Below, in pieces: positions 56,104 through 59,595 of a stretch of 59,595 nt of DNA (position 1 is its first letter; each line of letters begins with the position of its first letter). This DNA is from Terrimicrobiaceae bacterium. GTDB taxonomy: Bacteria; Verrucomicrobiota; Verrucomicrobiia; Chthoniobacterales; Terrimicrobiaceae. A program made the position numbers and the translations under genes. The stretch is taken from NCBI GenBank assembly GCA_041752695.1, contig JBGSVZ010000123.1, positions 1-59,595 on the forward strand, given 5' to 3'. The notes beneath the pieces were generated by a model. It saw nothing but the letters and a program-made list of their open reading frames with translations. It was not told where the DNA came from and ran no database searches.

Positions 56104-56916
56104 ATGTCCGTTTTGTACGAATCCCACAGTCACACGCCTCTCTGCAAACATGCCGTCGGCGAGCCCGGGGAATATGCCGCGGTGGCGGAGGCGCGGGGTC
56201 TCAAGGGTCTCCTGGTGACCTGCCATTGCCCGTTGCCGGATCGGGTTTCCGCCGCCGTCCGCATGGCTCCCGAGGAGTTCGAAAAGTATCTCGAGATGGT
56301 CAGCCTGACCCGGTCCGCGTGGGCGGGCCGCGTGGATGTGCGGCTGGGGATGGAGAGTGACTATTTTCCCGGGATCGAACCCTGGCTGGAAAAGCTGCAT
56401 GCACGCGCGGATTTTCATCACGTGCTGGGGTCCGTGCACTATCATGTCGGAGAATACCGCAAACAGTATTTCACCGGGGACGTGTTTCTTTATCAGCAAG
56501 TCTACTACGAACATCTGGCCCAGGCGGCGGAAAGCGGGCTTTTCGACACCCTGGCGCACCCCGATCTGATCAAGAATGAGGCGCCCGCCGAGTGGGTTTT
56601 TCCCCGCATCAAACCCTCCATCGAACGGGCCCTGGATCGCATCGCCGCGACCGGCGTAGCCATGGAGCTGAATACCAGCGGGGTCAACAAGGCGTTCTCC
56701 GAGATGAACCCCGGCCGGGATCAACTGGAGCTCATGCACGCGCGGGGGATTCCCGTCGTGCTGGGGGCGGATGCTCATCGTCCGTCGCGGGTCGGTGACG
56801 GTTATGCGGAGGGCTTGCATGTCCTCCGCGAGGTGGGCTACCGCGAAGTGAGTTTTTTCCTCGAGCGCCGCCGCCAGACGGTCGGGATCGAGGAGGCCCT
56901 GGCTTCGCTGCGCTGA
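56104..56916 (+). CDS. Histidinol-phosphatase, PHP (HisJ/HisK) family
   Basis: 'HSHTPLCKHA.G', 'GMESDY', 'LGSVH', 'AHPDL', 'ELNTSG', 'GADAH'. Confidence 0.88.
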   Translation: MSVLYESHSHTPLCKHAVGEPGEYAAVAEARGLKGLLVTCHCPLPDRVSAAVRMAPEEFEKYLEMVSLTRSAWAGRVDVRLGMESDYFPGIEPWLEKLHARADFHHVLGSVHYHVGEYRKQYFTGDVFLYQQVYYEHLAQAAESGLFDTLAHPDLIKNEAPAEWVFPRIKPSIERALDRIAATGVAMELNTSGVNKAFSEMNPGRDQLELMHARGIPVVLGADAHRPSRVGDGYAEGLHVLREVGYREVSFFLERRRQTVGIEEALASLR

Positions 56917-56930
56917 GGAGATCTCGGCAC

Positions 56931-56960
56931 AAAAAAACCCGCCGATTGGGGCAGGTTTTT
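56931..56960 (-). terminator. Rho-independent terminator (probably bidirectional)
   Basis: Minus strand AAAAACCTGCC-ccaatc-GGCGGGTTTTTTT between convergent PHP and EpsI genes. Confidence 0.75.
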
Positions 56961-56976
56961 GCGGAAGGCGGGTCGG

Positions 56977-57696
56977 TTATTTTCCGGCCACCAGCTTCAC
57001 GGAAGGGTCCATGATTTCCGGGGCGACCTCGGCGACGAACGACTTGAGCATTTCCATCGTCTGTTCCTGATTTTTTCCGTTTGGGGTGAAACCTTCCAGC
57101 ACCGGGGCGCTCACGATGACGTAGGCCCAGCGGTGATTCACATTGTGTACGACCTTGTCCCAGTTGGCGTGGGCCAGACGCATCCAATGGTAGGGTGTGG
57201 TCATGTTTTTGCCGACGAACCAATACATGAAGATCGAGGTCAGTTCCTTTTGCACGCCGGGACGCACTTCAACCGGACGCGAAATGATGAGCCGCATCAC
57301 GTCGAGGGTCTGACCATTTTCCAGGGTGATGGGCATGGCTTCGCCGGTTTTGAGATTCCAGCCCTGGGCAGGGAGGCAGATCTCCGGGCGGTGGATGCTG
57401 CGTTTTTCGCCACCGGCCAGAACGATCTGGGTGGAAACCTGATCGCCGCCGAAGTTTTTGTAGGTCTTTTTCGCGAATCCGGTGTCCTTGGGCAGCATCC
57501 GGATTTCCGCCTCGGAGACGGGCTGCTCCTCGCCGGTAAATCCATCGACGACATCCGGAAGTTTCATGATTACTCCCGCCACGGTGCCGGCGTCGGTCTC
57601 CGGGGTGGATTGGGAAAAAACAAAGACGATCCCGGCCAGGACAAGCACCAAGGCGGCCCGGATGAGGGTCGGACGGAGGGCAGATTTAGTATTCAT
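56977..57696 (-). CDS. Exosortase-associated EpsI family protein
   Basis: N-terminal TM, 'SIHRPEICLPAQGW', 'MYWF'; overlaps the exosortase 3' end. Confidence 0.85.
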   Translation of the reverse strand: MNTKSALRPTLIRAALVLVLAGIVFVFSQSTPETDAGTVAGVIMKLPDVVDGFTGEEQPVSEAEIRMLPKDTGFAKKTYKNFGGDQVSTQIVLAGGEKRSIHRPEICLPAQGWNLKTGEAMPITLENGQTLDVMRLIISRPVEVRPGVQKELTSIFMYWFVGKNMTTPYHWMRLAHANWDKVVHNVNHRWAYVIVSAPVLEGFTPNGKNQEQTMEMLKSFVAEVAPEIMDPSVKLVAGK

Positions 57697-58762
57697 CGTG
57701 AACGCGGGAGGGTTTTGCTCCGGGAGGGGGGACGGACGGCGGACGGGGTGGCGGGGTTTGTGCGGCGGAACGGAAACGATCGGCGAGGTGGTGCCAGTCG
57801 GCATTGAGCAACTGGCCGATGCCGAGAAGTCCGGCAATGGCGACGCCGAAAACCAGGAAGCCGGCCAGCATGTGGAACGTGCTGGGATCGTCGGCGGTGC
57901 CGATGGCCGCCTCGGATCCCACCGCGATCGTGCCCACAGTCAGCATGAGGATGCGGGCGAGATTGCCGAGAACGGCGAGCGGGATGGAGCAGAGAAACAT
58001 GACGATTTTCCGCCACGTTCCGGGCTGGGTGAAGTAGCCGTAGAGGGCAGACACCATCATGAGCGCGAAGAGTGAGCGGAGGCCGCTGCAGGGGTCGGCC
58101 ACATCCACCTCGAAACGGGCCCCCGCGCGCAGTCCCGCCAGCGTGTCGGGAGCGGAAAGGATGGCCGTGCCGGTTTTGATCGCACCGACTCCGACAAAAT
58201 TCAGTACGTTCACGCTGGCTTGGGACATGACCATGCGCAGCGGGAAGGCGACAACGTTGTCCAGGAACGGCACCGGGTAGAGGAAGAGCAGAAAGCCCCA
58301 GGCAAAAAACAGATGTTTGAACCACTTCCACCCGCAGAACCAAAGCAGGAGCCCACCGGTGAGAATCTGGAAGCTGAAGTATCCGAGGTAGATGTTGTCC
58401 GCGCGAAAGCCCAGCCAGTACACCGCGAAACCCAGCAGGGTGACGGCCAGCCCGGTCCACGCGGAGGTGATTTCCTCCAGGCGCAGCTGCCGCCGTTTGA
58501 AATAAACCATCGCCGCCACCGCCAAAGGAACGAGATAACAATGCTGCCAGTCCTCGCCTCTCCAGAGCACCATCGCGAAAGAGAGGATGGAGACGGGATC
58601 CGCGCCGTAGCCTGAGGCGTAGGGATTAAAAGCGTAAAGCGCCGCGAGAACCACCAGGGAAACTCCCAGAGCGATGAAGGCGGATAGGGCCGCACCGGAC
58701 GGAAGGGCCGGAGATTGGTCGGATTTTTCGGTAAGTGTCACGGGCAGGGTATTATCCAGCAT
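57686..58762 (-). CDS. Exosortase (EpsH/archaeosortase family)
   Basis: Multi-TM; 'HCYLVP', catalytic Cys 'VADPCSGLRSL', 'NLARI', 'FHMLAG'. Confidence 0.92.
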   Translation of the reverse strand: MLDNTLPVTLTEKSDQSPALPSGAALSAFIALGVSLVVLAALYAFNPYASGYGADPVSILSFAMVLWRGEDWQHCYLVPLAVAAMVYFKRRQLRLEEITSAWTGLAVTLLGFAVYWLGFRADNIYLGYFSFQILTGGLLLWFCGWKWFKHLFFAWGFLLFLYPVPFLDNVVAFPLRMVMSQASVNVLNFVGVGAIKTGTAILSAPDTLAGLRAGARFEVDVADPCSGLRSLFALMMVSALYGYFTQPGTWRKIVMFLCSIPLAVLGNLARILMLTVGTIAVGSEAAIGTADDPSTFHMLAGFLVFGVAIAGLLGIGQLLNADWHHLADRFRSAAQTPPPRPPSVPPPGAKPSRVHDEY

Positions 58763-59595
58763 TCAAGGCGGTTCGCAACCGACTTTCCACGAGGCCAACG
58801 GTCACCGATTCCAGGCAAACGACGGACGGCATGACACAACGGTCGATGCAGGGTCGGAATTTGCAGGCGTCTGTGGCGGCCACCAGGGAGCGGTTTTTCC
58901 AGGGCGCGAACCAATCCGGATTGCCCGACCCAAAGACGGCGACCACCGGTTTTCCCAAGGCCGCTGCGAGGTGGGAGGCGAAGGAGTCGTTGCAAACCAC
59001 GGCGTCGGCCGCTTGGAAGAGGGCAAAAAGGGCCGCCCAGTCAGCCGGCTCGATCAGGCGCTGGTTCGGCCCGCGGGCTTCAGGGGCGATTTCGCCCGGC
59101 GGCTGAACAATCAGCACGGTGAGATTTTCCTGGCGGGCCAGGCTCGTGAGCAGTTCGGGAAAATGGGGCCAGCGTTTTGTGGGAAGGCGTCCTCCGGGAT
59201 GGACGAGGACGATTTTTCGCTCCGCCTGGAGGGAGGAAAAGTTGGGGAGGTGTGCGGGAGATTCGGCCTCAATCGGGAACCACGGCAGGCTGTCGTCCGG
59301 GGCAAAGCCAAGGGCCTGCGCGAGTTGCTTCCAGTCCTGCAGGTGGTGCTGATTGGGAGAGGTGCGGTCGAGCGGAAGGGTCAGGACCGGTCGTCCGCGG
59401 AAGATTGCCGCCGCGATGGTGAGGAACTTGCCTAAAAGAAGCCGCCGGCGGCGCCAGGGGAGTTCCGCCGCGTAATAGTTGCGGGGAGTCATGGCAAACC
59501 CCGCGCGGATGCCGGCCCCGCTCAGCGCCATCAGGAGGTGCGCCCGGGCATCGGCCCACACGCAGGCGGCGGTGTCCGGTTTCTCCAGCCGCAAG
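58752..59595 (-). CDS. Glycosyltransferase family 9 (heptosyltransferase-like); 5' end outside the window
   Basis: 'VHPGG...KRWP', 'CNDSFASHLAAALGKPVVAVFG', C-terminal Cys cluster. Confidence 0.88.
   Translation of the reverse strand, partial: LRLEKPDTAACVWADARAHLLMALSGAGIRAGFAMTPRNYYAAELPWRRRRLLLGKFLTIAAAIFRGRPVLTLPLDRTSPNQHHLQDWKQLAQALGFAPDDSLPWFPIEAESPAHLPNFSSLQAERKIVLVHPGGRLPTKRWPHFPELLTSLARQENLTVLIVQPPGEIAPEARGPNQRLIEPADWAALFALFQAADAVVCNDSFASHLAAALGKPVVAVFGSGNPDWFAPWKNRSLVAATDACKFRPCIDRCVMPSVVCLESVTVGLVESRLRTALNAG

Noticed and set aside
1..59595. CRISPR array, tRNA/rRNA, integrase, transposase, prophage or defence system
   Set aside because: No regularly spaced repeats, RNA gene signatures or such protein motifs were seen by eye. 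The UvrD helicase looks like the ordinary housekeeping enzyme coupled to purN.

Overview
High-GC bacterial DNA, most likely Verrucomicrobiota (Spartobacteria/Terrimicrobium-like). That assignment is inferred from the PEP-CTERM protein, the exosortase/EpsI pair and the gene style. No rRNA, tRNA, CRISPR array or transposase was seen. Left arm (1-9.8 kb): MFS fragment, DUF1232, secreted lipase-like hydrolase, GH-A clan glycosidase, polyphosphate glucokinase, GH64-like protein with a P-domain, aldehyde dehydrogenase and mtnN. Centre (about 10-51.3 kb): a large carbohydrate-degradation region, split by a housekeeping block (pheA-like, scpB, scpA, hpf). It is marked by nine copies of a 14-bp palindrome (consensus ATCAMANNTKTGAT), all upstream of genes or gene remnants, and it encodes its own LacI-family regulator. 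Its cargo is a PEP-CTERM beta-strand-repeat protein, four paralogous secreted CE4/NodB-like deacetylases, two paralogues of an unnamed secreted protein family at opposite ends, a heparinase II/III-like lyase, GH3, GH16, two beta-helix proteins, an (alpha/alpha)-barrel protein, an 824-aa unknown GH-like protein, five further esterase-type enzymes, sugar isomerases/epimerases, an MsbA-like ABC transporter and several gene remnants. This LacI regulon for an apparently heavily acylated glycan is the best candidate for an undescribed system. Right arm (51.4-59.6 kb): UvrD/PcrA helicase, purN, ispA, a hypothetical secreted protein, PHP histidinol-phosphatase, EpsI, exosortase and a GT9 fragment. All family assignments come from motif recognition, not database searches.
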